Under the pieces are notes generated by a model. It saw nothing but the letters and a program-made list of their open reading frames with translations, searched no databases and was not told where the DNA came from. The translations under genes were made by a program, and so were the position numbers. A DNA stretch of 59,695 nt, the filler included, from Sphacelaria rigidula (lineage: Eukaryota), in NCBI GenBank assembly GCA_964200075.2. It is 5 parts of 5 records of this genome, joined end to end, with 100 filler letters (N's around TTAATTAATTAA, not from the genome) between each part and the next. Parts side by side here need not be neighbours in the genome. Positions count along the whole stretch, not along the records: positions 23,922 to 35,780 come from CAXNAA020004412.1; positions 35,881 to 47,738 come from CAXNAA020004413.1; 3 more parts are not named here. One strand, 5' to 3'. Positions 24,869 to 37,811 of the stretch are shown here, piece by piece (position 1 is the stretch's first letter; each line of letters opens with the position of its first letter).

Positions 24869-27800
24869 CTCGTGATTTGGGGGGGAAGGGGGAACTTTGA
24901 CCCGATCCCCCAATTTCGGGATTTCAAGTTCACCGCTATAATAAGTCGTTGCAATGAACGAAAAATAATCGGTTTCAACTTAACAGATTTATTCACACGT
25001 ACAACAGTACATAGTGTGGTGTACTGCACCAGTCCGAGAAAACGCCCAACGGGAACTGTGAAAAGTAATGAGATCGAGTGTGATACGTGAAAAATACTAA
25101 AATTTCACAGTTCCAATAATAGTCAGCACAGGACGTGATTGCAACCGATCTGTGCAGCCCCAATCACTCCGCACACTTGCGAAGTGCCGACGAAGAGTCA
25201 GCAGATAGTGGATCGATCATTCATTGCCGTCCTTGCCTCTTCTTCAGAGCTCCAGGTGAGATATATGACGGATATGTGTGTCGACAGAGCTTGACTTGTG
25301 ATAGGGTACTTCGATCGCTGCAGCAGCCTTGAGCGGACTTCCAACCCTTGGTTGTTACAGGGTTGTTACTTTGCTCCGAACGGGCAGTATACACTTCACT
25401 TGGCGTGTCCATTCGAGCGCGTGGCTAACCCAGCATAAAGAGTAGCAGACACTGTGCGCGGTTTGCAATGCTTTGTGGCGTTTTAATATTCTTCGCGCGT
25501 TTGCAGTGTGCCCAAATGGAAATTATGGTATCGTACTGGTTGACAGGGACCGACAATTCATCCCGCTGTTCTCTTGTACTCTGTTTTACTGTCCGTAAGC
25601 GACCTGTTCTTTCTCCGTCTGACTGACACAGACGAACGGTTTGCACGAACATTTCACTTGATACATTAGTACAGTACCGGTGCAGCCAGGGCTGTTGCGA
25701 TCTATTCCAGCTTTGGATTTGCCCCGAACTCTTTTTGTAAGAACGCCAAGCCTGACAGCACTTGTTGGAGATCACGAAACACAGTGCAGCGCGGAGGAGC
25801 GTGGTTGCTTGTACCCCATCCTAGCTTTTCCTGGCTGTATTTGCCCGCGGAGTTCGCATGTTCAACAAGTGCTTCTGTTTTTGCGAATAATTTCTTGGCG
25901 ATCGTTCTCGAGGGCGTTCTTCGCGCTTTCTCCCGCCATTTTTTCGTGATCTATTTTAGCCTAGGGTAGAATGTTGAATGTTGAATATTGAGGGATCAAG
26001 AGTGATCTTTGATCATTCCTTCCGAGCAGCAACAGACAGGTCTATGCTCGTCGACCTCTGTATTCTGAAACCTGTTGTCATCACCGTAGGTTGTCGGCGC
26101 GTTGCCCCCTGCCTTTTTACATGTTTTTTAACCTCTTCACGAGACGGGTCTCTTCCGTTTTACCCCAAATCAGATGGTTCACGACACGCTGTTTTTGTCA
26201 AAGCCTAACGCAGACCCTAGCTCGACACCAACCCACGGCAAACTGAGAACATCGGCCAAGGTGAATTCGTGCAGTGCATCAGGCAAGGTGTGCTATTTGT
26301 TTTGTTGCAAATAAGTCAGAACGCCGCCTGAGTACGCTACGCGAGCGCTTCGGACTACTGCACTGTTGTCTGTGAGCCCTTCAAAGATCTGGATGTGATG
26401 TAGATGAAAATGGTGTATATATTCAACCATCAGATTACTAGATGAACTCCAGATTTCAGCAAGTTTACAGTGTCGTGATGTCATCCGAGCTCGACTGAAG
26501 CACCCCTGAGTCGCGATCACAGCTTCACACTCTGGTGCTGACTGTAGCTCAAACTCTGCCTGATCATGTAGCCGCACTCATTTGTAGCTACAACTCTGTG
26601 TCCTATTTTAGTTGACCGCATTATTCTTCCGTGTGCTACAGTCAGTTGTAGACAAGAAGTGTCTTCAATCACTGTTTTTTCACTGTCTGGATTCGTGCGG
26701 GTCGGTCGAACATGCGACAGTCACTCAGTGATGAAATCAATCAGATAGTTTTGGTTCGTTTAGTTGAGCGCTCGCACAAACACACCTTATGTGTCAATTG
26801 AAACTAATATCGGTTCAGCAGACGGGGGGACACCCCTGGTGGGTCGAAGATTCGAGTAACCCTTCAACGACGAAGAGTTTGTCATCTTTAGCGCTGGAGC
26901 AGTCGTAGACAAAACTCAAATGCGAAATGTGCCGGAGGATAAACCCTTTCAAAAGCAGGTCGGGTAGGGTATAGTATGTACTCTTGAGTACTCGTGTATG
27001 TACCCTAACCCAGTTTTGGGTTATTCGTGTAGTACTTGCTCGAAAGTTCATGTTTAGGCCTCGCGCGAAGTTCCCCAATGCCAGGCCGTGTGTTGACGAA
27101 ACAAGGAAAGTGAGGATGAAATGATGAGTACGATAGTGAAATCACAGTTCACAGGTTCATGATCATAAGAGATCACGCGCCGTTCCAATCTATGCGGAGG
27201 AAGTCCTGATACTGAAAAAGCAGTGCAATGCTGGTGATGGGAATAAAGCTAGCGTGGCTACCGCTGTTGATGGGGAAGCCACCTGTGCACCCCATGAAGA
27301 GCCGAACAGCCCGATCGTGGCAACCATTTTACGTCCCTTTCCCATCCTCATCGGATCGTTCTTCCATTCTCACTTTCTTTTCACCATTTGACCGCGAGGG
27401 TAGATCACCTGGTGAATCGGCATCAATGTTTACTTCAAGGAAGCTCGGGCGGTGCATCCTATCCCCCTTGCCCCCCCCCCCACCCCCCCCCCTGGCGGCT
27501 GTGCCGCCGCGGTCGCCCCGGCCCCTCNNNNNNNNNNCCCTGTGAATTGCCCCCATTTTTTTTTTCCAGGAGGCCCGGGGGGGGCCCCCCTCCCCCCCCC
27601 CCCCCCCCCCCCCCCCGCCCCCTTCGTGGTATTGGCTTGTTGTTGTCAGTAGCCCATAGGTTTGTAATTTATTTCGGCACCTGATCATACTGCAATGGTA
27701 TTCATAATTTGTTCGTGCTCTTGTGGCTACGTGTTTCTTTTCTGTGTTGTGTACTCGACTAGGCAATGTCGAAGGTAAGCACTCTCCCTGTGTTAAAGGC

Positions 27801-28177
27801 CCTCGGTCCCTGTAGTAGGCCACGTTGAAAGTCTGCAGATAGAATGGGAGGGGCGATGTCTTTCCTTGGTCTCTTGAGTCGCACAACTGGTTCATCACGC
27901 ATGAACACTCCACACACACGTGCACCTGAGGGTATGGGAGAATGAAGGTATTTGAGTGCGGTTTGCTCGACTGGGCAAGCACGTTCTTATTTTCACGCAC
28001 GGCACTGTTGTCAGATCAAGCAGAAAGCCAAGCTCGCACAGTGATATTGCGTACCCCAACAGACCGTTTGACCCCCCCGGACTGACGAAGTTGTCCCGTG
28101 TTCCGTTTCGTTTGTTTTTCATCGCCACAGGAGACACAAACGAACGCGCGCCCGCACGCACACACAGAACAAACACC

Positions 28178-31100
28178 ATGCTGTGGCTTGTCAACATTGT
28201 CGCCTTCCTCATCAACGCCGTCATCGTCGGACTCAGCACGCTGGGAGTGTGGGGAGAAACGAACGCCACCGTTTCTGACGACAATCCTACGCTGGTCACG
28301 CCGGCCAGGTACGTGAAGCGGCGCTGAAAATACTCTCTTTTATTGTACGCGTAGGGCCTCCCAACATTGCATGAGGTCGGTGATCGTTTTGTTGCCTTTT
28401 GTGGACGAAGATACGCGTTCTACCCCGTAAGACACTCGTGGTGTGGTTGATATCCCTTTTCCCCGACGCCCTTCGCACAAAAGAGTATGGATCATCTTCG
28501 GCAAGTGCTAGCCTGCCAGCCCTTTGCTACTTCGACATGTCCTCCATTTTTGCAACGGATCTAGACAGCGAAATACAAACGACAGTCCGTGTCCGGTGTA
28601 TTTTCCGTACGTGCAGCCTACACTTCGTACGACTGTGTCGCGGGTGACGTATTGATGCCTCGCGATCTGCCTGCCCAACCTTGCGCGTCGTCGTATTTTG
28701 TTGTTCAATCTCCAACAGCTATGCCTTTTCAATCTGGGGCGTCATCTTCCTGAGCGAGCTGATTTTCGTCATATGGCAGGCGCTTTCTAGGAATCGGGAC
28801 TCGGATATTATTACGAAGGGCATCGGGTTCTGGTTCGCGGCGGCATGCATATTTCAGGTATGCCTGCATCGAATGACGGACTACTCATGTGTCGGGTTCG
28901 TGGAGACAAATTTTGCAGCCATAGCAACAACAGCCTCTGAAGCGTGGATAAGGACTTTAGCAGCCCGCGAAAAAGTCCATCAACCATACTTACGAGTACA
29001 TTGAACAATGCACAGAATGAGCGTAGATGCGATTGAGAGTAAGAAGCGGTCAATTAAGGAATGAATCGTTTCAGTTCCGAAATGATCCTCCGCAACGCCC
29101 GATATGCATTCTGTAGTAGCTCGCCACTGAAGCCCTTGGTATCCCCGAGTAGGATACCGACGTGTTGCTGGAAGCACACGCCAGCGTTTCAAGCGAAGAA
29201 TGGCACACACAGAGTGAAAGAATGGTCAAGTTAACGCGAATGATATAACCCACTCTCAATCAACACCCTACTCTCAATCTACGAAGACATTGTTATCGAT
29301 TGATGGATTGTCGCATGCTCACTTCTCCGCTACGAAGTCAGCGCTCATCATGAACAGACGTACCCAACTCGGAAACCTGTGAACACGACGAGCTGGGCCA
29401 GCAGTAAATCCCGCATTCGCTTCCCCCACCACAACTTCTCAAGCTTCCCAAATCAGAGCGACTCGAGCATATCGCTGTGAACTGCAGACCAACCTGGTAA
29501 CACACGGCACCGCCGCTAGTCGATTGACGCAGTATTGGCTGTGATGTTGTTCTGCATTGAGTACCGGGTACGTCTCCTGTCGTTGCCTGACAGCATGTCT
29601 GGAGACGTCTCGTTTCACAAAATGCGGTGGAATTGCGATAGACAGTTGCACCGCATAGGCACAGGAACACCCGATATGCGCAGGCAAGAGCACACTGGTG
29701 TTGCTGCAAGATGGCATCAAGCTCGTCAACAGCTCTATCATGCAAGAGGAACTCCGAGCCGACTGTTGTATATGACCGTACGAGGGAGAAGTACAACTTG
29801 TAACCGCGCTAGACCTCCCCCCCGAAGCAAGACCGTCACCAAAATATCGAGACCCTTTGCAACCTGGGAGGTACCAGAGATTATGCACGATTACATCATG
29901 CACAAAAAATTGGTCATGTTGGCATTCAAACTCATGACCTCTGTAATTGGAGGCTGTTGTATCACGTTGACCAGCGAGGCGCAACCGTGTCGCATGAAAA
30001 GTGAGACGCGATGCCCAATTTGAGGCATTCTTGGCCGAAACTTCACCAGGATGTCCTTGACGCGAGTGCCCATAACCCACTGGTAGTTGCAGCCGTTATT
30101 ATTATTTTTTTCACGAAGTTGTAGCATTTTCGCTGATTTTGCTGAAACTTCAACTCGCTGTAACTTCCTGTTTTTTTTTTTTCACCTTTGCATCCCTCAC
30201 AGGGTTGCGCGAGTTGATGATAAACATGCCGTGTCAACAATTTAGGGGATAACTCTTCGAATTACCAATCGCATCTCCTTTATTCATTCAAAGATCACTG
30301 TCAGCTGGCCCAGCTCGTAGCTAAAGGGGAGCCCTGAAGTGAGGCAAGAAAAGGGAGGGAAGGGGAAGGGGGGGGGGGGGGGGGGGCAGAGCTGATGCTG
30401 GCGCCAGTTTGGGAACCGCCACGAGCTAAGCCAGCCTAAAAGCTCACATTCGTAGCTCTCTATGACTTTCCAAGTTCAACGAATTAACCGAATGTAAGCA
30501 CATCCATGTGAACTGCAGCCGATCCCGCCGCTGAAACGCTTCAGCCCTGCATGGTTGACCACATCCTGATAATGTCGTCGAGTACAGACTGCATCCCAAT
30601 TCGTCTCTCTCTGACACCTTGTTCTTCCCATTCTTGTCTTGTACTTTTGTGTAGAGTCCATTCTTGTGTTCCCACAGCCGCAAATCCACTGGTTGATACA
30701 ATATGGAATACACTGCCGAATTAGGAAAATGTGTAGCCACCGTTTCACATGGACCTTCTTGACATTAGTGTCTAACCCCGACTTGATGTTCCGTAGTATT
30801 CTCTCTTCTCGTTGAGGCATGGGAACTTTGATAATGATCAGATTTGTTCACCTGCGCTTTCTCTTTTTTTCTTGAAACGTACCCTACCCGCCGGCGTATT
30901 GATCGTATAAATCTTGTGTAAAAGAGTGTAGAGGTGATCCGTGCAAAACTGGTTGAACAAGGACGGCGCTCTCGTTTAGCCCACGAGTAAATCCTGGCGA
31001 TCAACGGGATCGATCGTACAGTACCCGCGATCTCACTTGCGCGTTGAGATACAAGAGATGGAATGCACGGCCCAATTTGAGGGATCTCGGACCGACGCTT

Positions 31101-33451
31101 CACACGTACCTGCTACGCGTCAGTACGCATAAATGCATGGAAGTACAGTACAGTAGCTAAAGATATATATATATATATATTGAGCCATGACACTGTTTTT
31201 TTCTCCAGATTCTTCCACTGGCTTTAATTTACACTTTTCTCTTTTTTTCCTAGTGACTGCTCCTATACGTTTGTGCGCATTGACGAAGTAAATCCAATCT
31301 CAAGAACTTCATGTTCTGGCTACTCCTATATACGGGCCGTGCAAAACTGGCTCAGCTTGTATAGCGGGATGCCCAAGAAAAAGGCCCAGACAGGTTCTTG
31401 CCACAAGCCGTAGAAGGAGCAAGACTTGGCCGAAGGGATTAAAATGAATCGTGTCTGCCCTCGTGTTTGTGCCATGAACCCGTGAACCCGCGAGAATCTA
31501 GTTTGCCGCCGCTGTACTTACTGTTGCGTCTCCTCACACGAATGCATTCTCTCTTCATACAATATATGCGCTGGGAGTTGCGGAGTGTCGTACAGGTACC
31601 GCCTCGAGTGTAGCCCCACAACCATTACTCGCAGGCTCGTGGAATATGCTAATTTTTAATGTCGTTGGTGCATTTTTCCCAGTACGATTCATCCGGCGTA
31701 TGGATATCCTAATTTTAATCGTCGTACATCCCGCCTAGTTTCACCAAGGTATTGATCCATCTTAAGCACGTATTGATCCATGTTGAGCACTGCAGAATCT
31801 CCCTCCTCCTTGCCCCCCCCCCCAAAAAACAAACAAACAAACACGTACAGGCAGCATGGAGCATCGTTTTTGCCCAAGAAGAGCTCGTGGCGTCGGCGGT
31901 CATCCTCTTGCTCATCGCATTTTGCCTCGCCATGGCGGTGGTGGGTCTTGCTCCCTACAAGCGTGAGAAGACGCTCTTATTTTGCTCTGTCGAATTCTGG
32001 ACGGTGCACTTCCCCATTGGACTGCACGGCGGTTGGGTCCTGGCAGGTAAGCGACTGCGCTGAGGCGTTGACATTCTGAACGAGATAGTATGATGGTCTG
32101 GTTCCGATGGGGTCAGCTCGATAGCCGTTTTTTGCTAGCGGCGGTGTCGGATTACACGGCGGGTGCTCGGTGTCGAAGTAGATACGACACACGAACAGAG
32201 GATTGAACGAGAAAAGCATATGAATGCCTTCCAATACCCGTCTACCTCAGGGTGCTCTCCTTTTATTACCAAAATTGGAACATTTGATACTTTTTAGGAT
32301 GGTTGTTATGTCAACACCAGGCACGGCTCAGTCGCATAATCTCATGTTCATAGTAGTTTCACCAGACCACTTCATGTACCATGAGTCCCGTGTTGAGCTC
32401 GTTGTTCGGTTCATTTTTTTGTTTTCTTGGTTTGTTCGTGGTTTGAGTTTTATTCTTAAGTGGTACCTGTCTCGCCTGTGTGGAGGCCGTGGCTGAGAGT
32501 TCTTGCTCAAATAGTGCGGTGGAAGAAATTGCCAAGTCAGCTTTGACGCCATTTTTTCTTGTGTCTTGCTCTTGTTGTTTATCTCCCTCGCGGCTATCTT
32601 GTCTGAAGCCATGCTGCAGGGGTGGATCATTTATTTTTTGTTGTACTGCTGTCATGATTTTTTACGGTTTTCATCGGCACCTTGTTGGTGTTTTTACTCT
32701 TTGCCTCCTTCCTTTTTCTTGGATTCATGTATATGTTCCGCCTAGTTTGCCCATCGTTGTCATCTACCATTGTCGTGTATCGTTGCTGTTGTTCGTTGTT
32801 CCGTTTGTCCTGTCTCTATTTCTTCGTCGCTTCCTTTTCTCGAGCTTACTTTAACGAGTGCTCTCGCTTGTTGACCTTGAGCACGTTCATCATGTGGATA
32901 ATAACCATGGCAAGCTCCCTCGGGGATCAGTTATTGCGCGACAATGTATCACTCGATCATTCGATTATTCAACGCACGAAACACCCCTCTCCATCGCCCG
33001 TTCGTGGCCGCATCGCGCAGCCTCTCTGGTGAACATCAACGTCGCGCTCGACGACCCGAGCCTCACCGCACAGGTCGCCGGACTAGTCCTCACAGTCGTG
33101 GCCGCCTCCGTCGGAGCCACACTCGCGGCAGTAGTGTTCTACGACCAAGTCTACCTGCTCTCCATCGCATGGGCACTCGCCGCGGTCGCTTCAAAAGAAG
33201 ACGACCGCACCACTCTGCTCGGAGCCGAGATATCGGACGGTGTGCATGACGGGATCACGGGCTTGTGGATCGCCCTGCTCGTGCTGGGTGCGATCACCGC
33301 TCTCGCCGGTATGGTAATGGGGAGGGGCGGTGGTGGCACCGACGCGGGGTACAGTGGGAGGCCCGCGTGGAGCCATGGAGGAAGGAAGCCGCACAGGAAC
33401 GCCAACGATGGGCCACAGACCGATGTAACCTCCGCTATTTACCACGCATAA
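28178..33451 (+). CDS. TspO/MBR-like (tryptophan-rich sensory protein-related) multi-pass membrane protein, about 298 aa, 4 exons
   Basis: Exons 28178-28308, 28719-28857, 31851-32046 and 33021-33451, with GT-AG introns in matching phases (2, 0, 1). Motifs TLVTPASYAFSIWGVIF, WSIVFAQE, FPIGLHGGWVLAASLVNIN and YLLSIAWALAAV, plus multiple hydrophobic helices. The start ATG could be preceded by an upstream exon. Confidence 0.85.
29022..29284. mobile_element. About 260-bp MITE-like repeat with GATTGAGAGTA termini
   Basis: Inverted-orientation copy at 48378-48652 (shared CCTACTC.GGGATA.C.AGGGC.TCAGTGGC.AGCTACTACA.AA.GCATATCGG core). Confidence 0.7.
29389..30317. mobile_element. Non-autonomous DNA transposon with TIR CGAGCTGGGCCAGC (Tc1/mariner-like)
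   Basis: The same TIR bounds 30422-31359, 45710-46299, ~49812-49917, 54958-56485 (TA on both sides) and 35674-end of scaffold. Internal blocks are shared with 45710-46299. Confidence 0.75.
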
Positions 33452-35780
33452 AGAGAATGAGTGGCTTCATTGCGCTACGGCTGCGTGTTTTCGTTTGCGC
33501 GGAACGATTGCGTCTACATCATGCTCTCGAAAGGTGCGATACAACGCCCCCCCCCGCTCCATGAGGGTGACGCGGTTTACGGTGGCGAGATGGTGACGCG
33601 TAAACAAGGAGAAAAGTGATGATGAAGTTGCGACATGGAGTGGCTTCCACTCCCTCGTGCAGGCCCCCTGTAGGTATCGAAAGGAATGACGGTGGGTGTG
33701 GGGGAATGTAACAGGACTGAAGCAAGTGCAACTAGGGTGGGAGACCGTGGTGCACAGTAGTAAGTTTGGGAGGTTGGTTCGCCGGGTGAATTATCTTGGG
33801 TGTTTCTAGAAGTTATACGGTGTCGTTAGGGGCAATAGAGTGGCGATGGCGTTCGCGAGGTTGTGATGGCGGGGGTCAATGGGGAACCAAGAGGTCGTCA
33901 TTTTTGGCAGCTGTTCTTGCTGATGCGACCTTACTGTATTATGGCTCAGTATTGCTCATTTTCCCCACCCAGATGTATACGCTGGGATGCGGAGTTGGAA
34001 ACTCCCGCTCCGTGCCGGTGTGCTGTATGTAGGTCAAGGATGAGAGATGAGCTATCTGACGATTTTCATGTGTAAGTGTTTTTTGGTGTTCAGGATAAGT
34101 GGTGGGTATTGTGTTACCTCGATGATTGCGGCGTATTCGCCTGTTGTGAAAATCGGACAAAAGTTGCAATATGTCCATACTTCACGCAGTACTTTTTGTG
34201 TCTACTGCAACTGTTGACCATGTTTTGTTCAGGGTGTGAAACATTTAGCACCGTAGGGGAAGCACCAGGAACCGCGATCAAGTGGTGACGACTCAGGGGA
34301 TATTCTGTATTTCCCCACGTATTTACAACATTTTTTTCTTGTTCCCACACGAATTGCCGTGTAATTATTTCGCCTGCGCAATATGACACAAATCATACAG
34401 CGTCGGCAGCGAGGGGACTGTTTTAACGACTCCGAACGTGCCAGCGGTGGTCGGGCGTTTCAGATTTTATTTTTAGCGCCACTCTTGGCGGGTGAAGGGA
34501 CATTTGGGTCGATACTTCCGCATGTTTGTACGATTTGGTTGGGATTTGTGGATTCGTTCGAGTCAATCATGCACCGTTACCGTGCAGCACAACAACTTTC
34601 TTGTGATTAGAGCATGTATAGCTGTTTTTTTTTCGGTGTGTGGCCAGCATGACTGTTGGTAATAACTCGTGACTGGAGAACGTTTTGACAAAACCTGGCG
34701 GATCGAAGATTACGATGATATTCTGTGTAGGGGGTTGTTCATCTTGCAAGTTGTCCGAAGGTTCTTGAATTACCGCTGGGAGTTGGGTCTTTCAATCAGG
34801 GAGCTGACGGCATAACCGCTTCCGGAAGTGTACACGGACGTGTATGTGGTGTGCGGTGAGCCTGCAGAGGCACAGGGGCTGCCGCGTCTAGTTGGTTGTT
34901 GATTCAACTTGTCGTTCTTGTGTTGGTAGCGCCTTGGGCACCGACAGTGAACATGAGTTCGCCTGATCGATCTGTTTTTCCTCTTCTTGAGAAATAATAA
35001 ATGTATTCAAAACGAAAAATCATCGCGCGCATCGATCGCTTTTTTATCGTTTTTTTTTTTCCGGTCAGCGATTGCGCACATCCACCACGCTAGGAAGTTA
35101 GCTCACGATAATACTGTACGGGTCACGTGCTGAGGGTTGGTGATCCCTGAGGAGAGCTCACGACCATGTTATTATTTGTCTCGGAAACTACACGTAGAAG
35201 TACTTTGTATGAGGCACACACACAAACACACATTCACACACCCTCGCGCGCGTCTTACCCCCCCCCCCCCCCCCCTCTGCAGGACAGACAACAGGTTAGG
35301 ATCGTTTTGTATGCCACAGTCATATTATTTGCGGTGAAAACACTGGAAGCGAGAATACACGTTTCCCGCCAGTACTAACCTGCATCTCGTGTTGAATTTG
35401 TCGCAAAACGGTGTTGCTGCCTTCTTTTAGGTGCTTGCATGGATACGAACGATCGAATCAACCTGCATTCTTTTGCGACCGAGGTAGAGTTGTGAGTCGG
35501 AATCAACAAGCGATACATTGTAATGACCGCCGGCGAGCCGAACGAGCATGATGAATGATCGAGGGCAGCTGGGGAAGGTCACTGGCCAAGCTCTAATGCC
35601 CCCCCGCCCCCGGCTGTAAAAGGCAGGCTGAATTTTTTTTTTGTGTAATGTATGGAAGAAACGTGAAGAGCTACGAGCTGGGCCAGCCTAAAAACGGATT
35701 TGAGCTCTAAAAGCAATATCTCATCGACCCAGACGAGTTGGGCCGTGACCCGCATATCGTATTAATCGTCTAACCAAGGG

Positions 35781-35880
35781 NNNNNNNNNNNNNNNNNNNN
35801 NNNNNNNNNNNNNNNNNNNNNNNNTTAATTAATTAANNNNNNNNNNNNNNNNNNNNNNNNNNNNNNNNNNNNNNNNNNNN
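35781..35880. other. Artificial scaffold linker
   Basis: Same N44-TTAATTAATTAA-N44 structure. Confidence 0.97.
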
Positions 35881-36321
35881 GCGTGCGCCTCCCCCCCATT
35901 GTAGGGTGGCGGGGGTTAACGTTCCATGACTATAGCATGCATTATCTGGAGTTCCCCCCCCCCCCCCCCTCTTCCCTCCTTTTTTCTCTTGATTCAGTTC
36001 ATGGCCATCTCGAGCACTGGCTTTCGAACTTGCGACTATAATAGCAATACATTCACACGTGGGACAGATCATCACCTGTCTGAAACAACTGAATGAAAAA
36101 GACTCTGGAATCTGTTGATCTAGAAGCACAAAATGCGTGACCGCGGAGTCAGGAAAAAGCCAAAGCCCAACCTTTGCGCAACTCGGCGTGATCAGCGTCC
36201 GGCGCTGTAAGGAGCAAGCGTGGAAAGGGGGGTCCAAGCGATCCGGATCAGCATACTGAGGAGAAGTAATTCGCACGAAAACTTTTAGTCACATTTCATC
36301 TCCCCCCCATTCCCCCCTGTC

Positions 36322-36565
36322 GCGCTTGGTGATTGTGTGCGAGCCTGGTCCGGCGAAAACCCAGCGTGCGGCCGCCCCGACTTTGTAGGGATGCGGGGTC
36401 AATGGTATTGTGACCCCGGTATGCATGATCATGAGCAACCCCACCCCCCACGCGAGCCTGGTCCGGCGAAAACCCGGTGTGCTATGTCCCGGCTTTTTAG
36501 GGATGCGACGTCAACGGCCATATGACTACGGCGTGCAAGATCGTGAGTCCCCTCCCTCCCCGCAC
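36322..36565 (+). mobile_element. Two head-to-tail family-A 3' ends
   Basis: GAGCCTGGTCCGGCGAAAACCC...GATC(A/G)TGAG+C-run occurs twice. The second copy starts immediately after the C tail of the first. Confidence 0.8.
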
Positions 36566-37110
36566 CCCGTTCATTGTCCCCTGTTACACGTGGAAATTGT
36601 ACGTTACCATGCCGTTCATCCACATCCACATGGACTTGATTACCATCTCAACTTACGCAGAGCTTGCCTCAATCCGTATCTTACACTACCCCACCCGCAT
36701 CGCGGGAATCGAGCAGTTTTCCCCGCCCCACACAATCAGGGGCACCTTCGTATCGTTGGTGTTACGCCATTTTAGATTTATGTTGTCCCGAAGCAGCGGA
36801 AGTCTCTCGCTCGCTCATGTTTTTCCCGCCGTCATTCTCAAGTCCAACCCGTTACGCAGATGTGTAGTACTATGCGATAGGAATGCGTCGTATACGATTC
36901 CCGTGTCACACACGTTTTGAGACTCGAAAAACTCACGACTCGGGACGGGGGGGGGGGGGGGGGGGGGGGGAAGGGAGGGGGGCGGGAGGGGGCTCCGTTG
37001 TTCTTTTTTTTTTTTTCTTTTCTTTGCTTNNNNNNNNNNTGGGGTGGGGTCTGCATGGCGTGCCGCGCTAGGTGCGGGCTGGACGTGTCTGGGTTGGGGG
37101 GGGGGGGGGG

Positions 37111-37150
<40 letters not shown>

Positions 37151-37811
37151 CTATTAGAGAAGGCAAGGGGCAGCTACAGTGCTTATTTATTGTTATTTTT
37201 TCCGCACATTAGTTCGATCTCTCGAACCCGTGGTCGCAGACGTGGGCTGGTCTTTCCGACGTTGTCCCTACTATTCCTTACAAGACATGGTCCTCATGAT
37301 TTTATGCTAACACAGTTGTACAGAGTCACGTAACGAAAACTGTCGTCAGTGTTCATGTTGCCCAGTAGCCTCGGTCTTATTCCTCTGTGCAACTGTCTTG
37401 ACATGTGATGATTGCCGAACTCATCGGGAATCTCGAGATGAAAGATGCCACATATATTTTGTTGAAGACGAAAACTGGATGATTCACTGCAGTGGTTCAG
37501 CGCTCAACGCGTTGACATTCCTGGACACGTTATGATCTCTGGCACTAACCCCGCCGTGGCTTGACCAACCCCTTCCTGGCGAGAGTGCGATTCGGACCGT
37601 GATTCGTACCACAGTCCTCGTGCTTCACCGTTAACCTGTACGGGACTGGGAGGGTGATATACCACGTACCTCTAGACATGGTACGATTAAGATCGGGCGA
37701 TGGTCATGAAGTCTACGGTAACCCTCACCCCTATTTCCGAACTCCGTGTGTCGATGATCCCCTCCCTTCGCCGTGATGCATGAAAACGAATTTCGCGAAC
37801 AAATATTGAAG

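Noticed and set aside
25100-27000. Coding-like fragments upstream of the TspO-like gene
   Set aside because: Frames are interrupted by stops, no recognisable motif is present, and no consistent exon chain could be built.
27329-27460. Apparent exon MHRPSFLEVNIDADSPGDLPSRS...
   Set aside because: It overlaps a decayed copy of the TTAA MITE (27384-27440).
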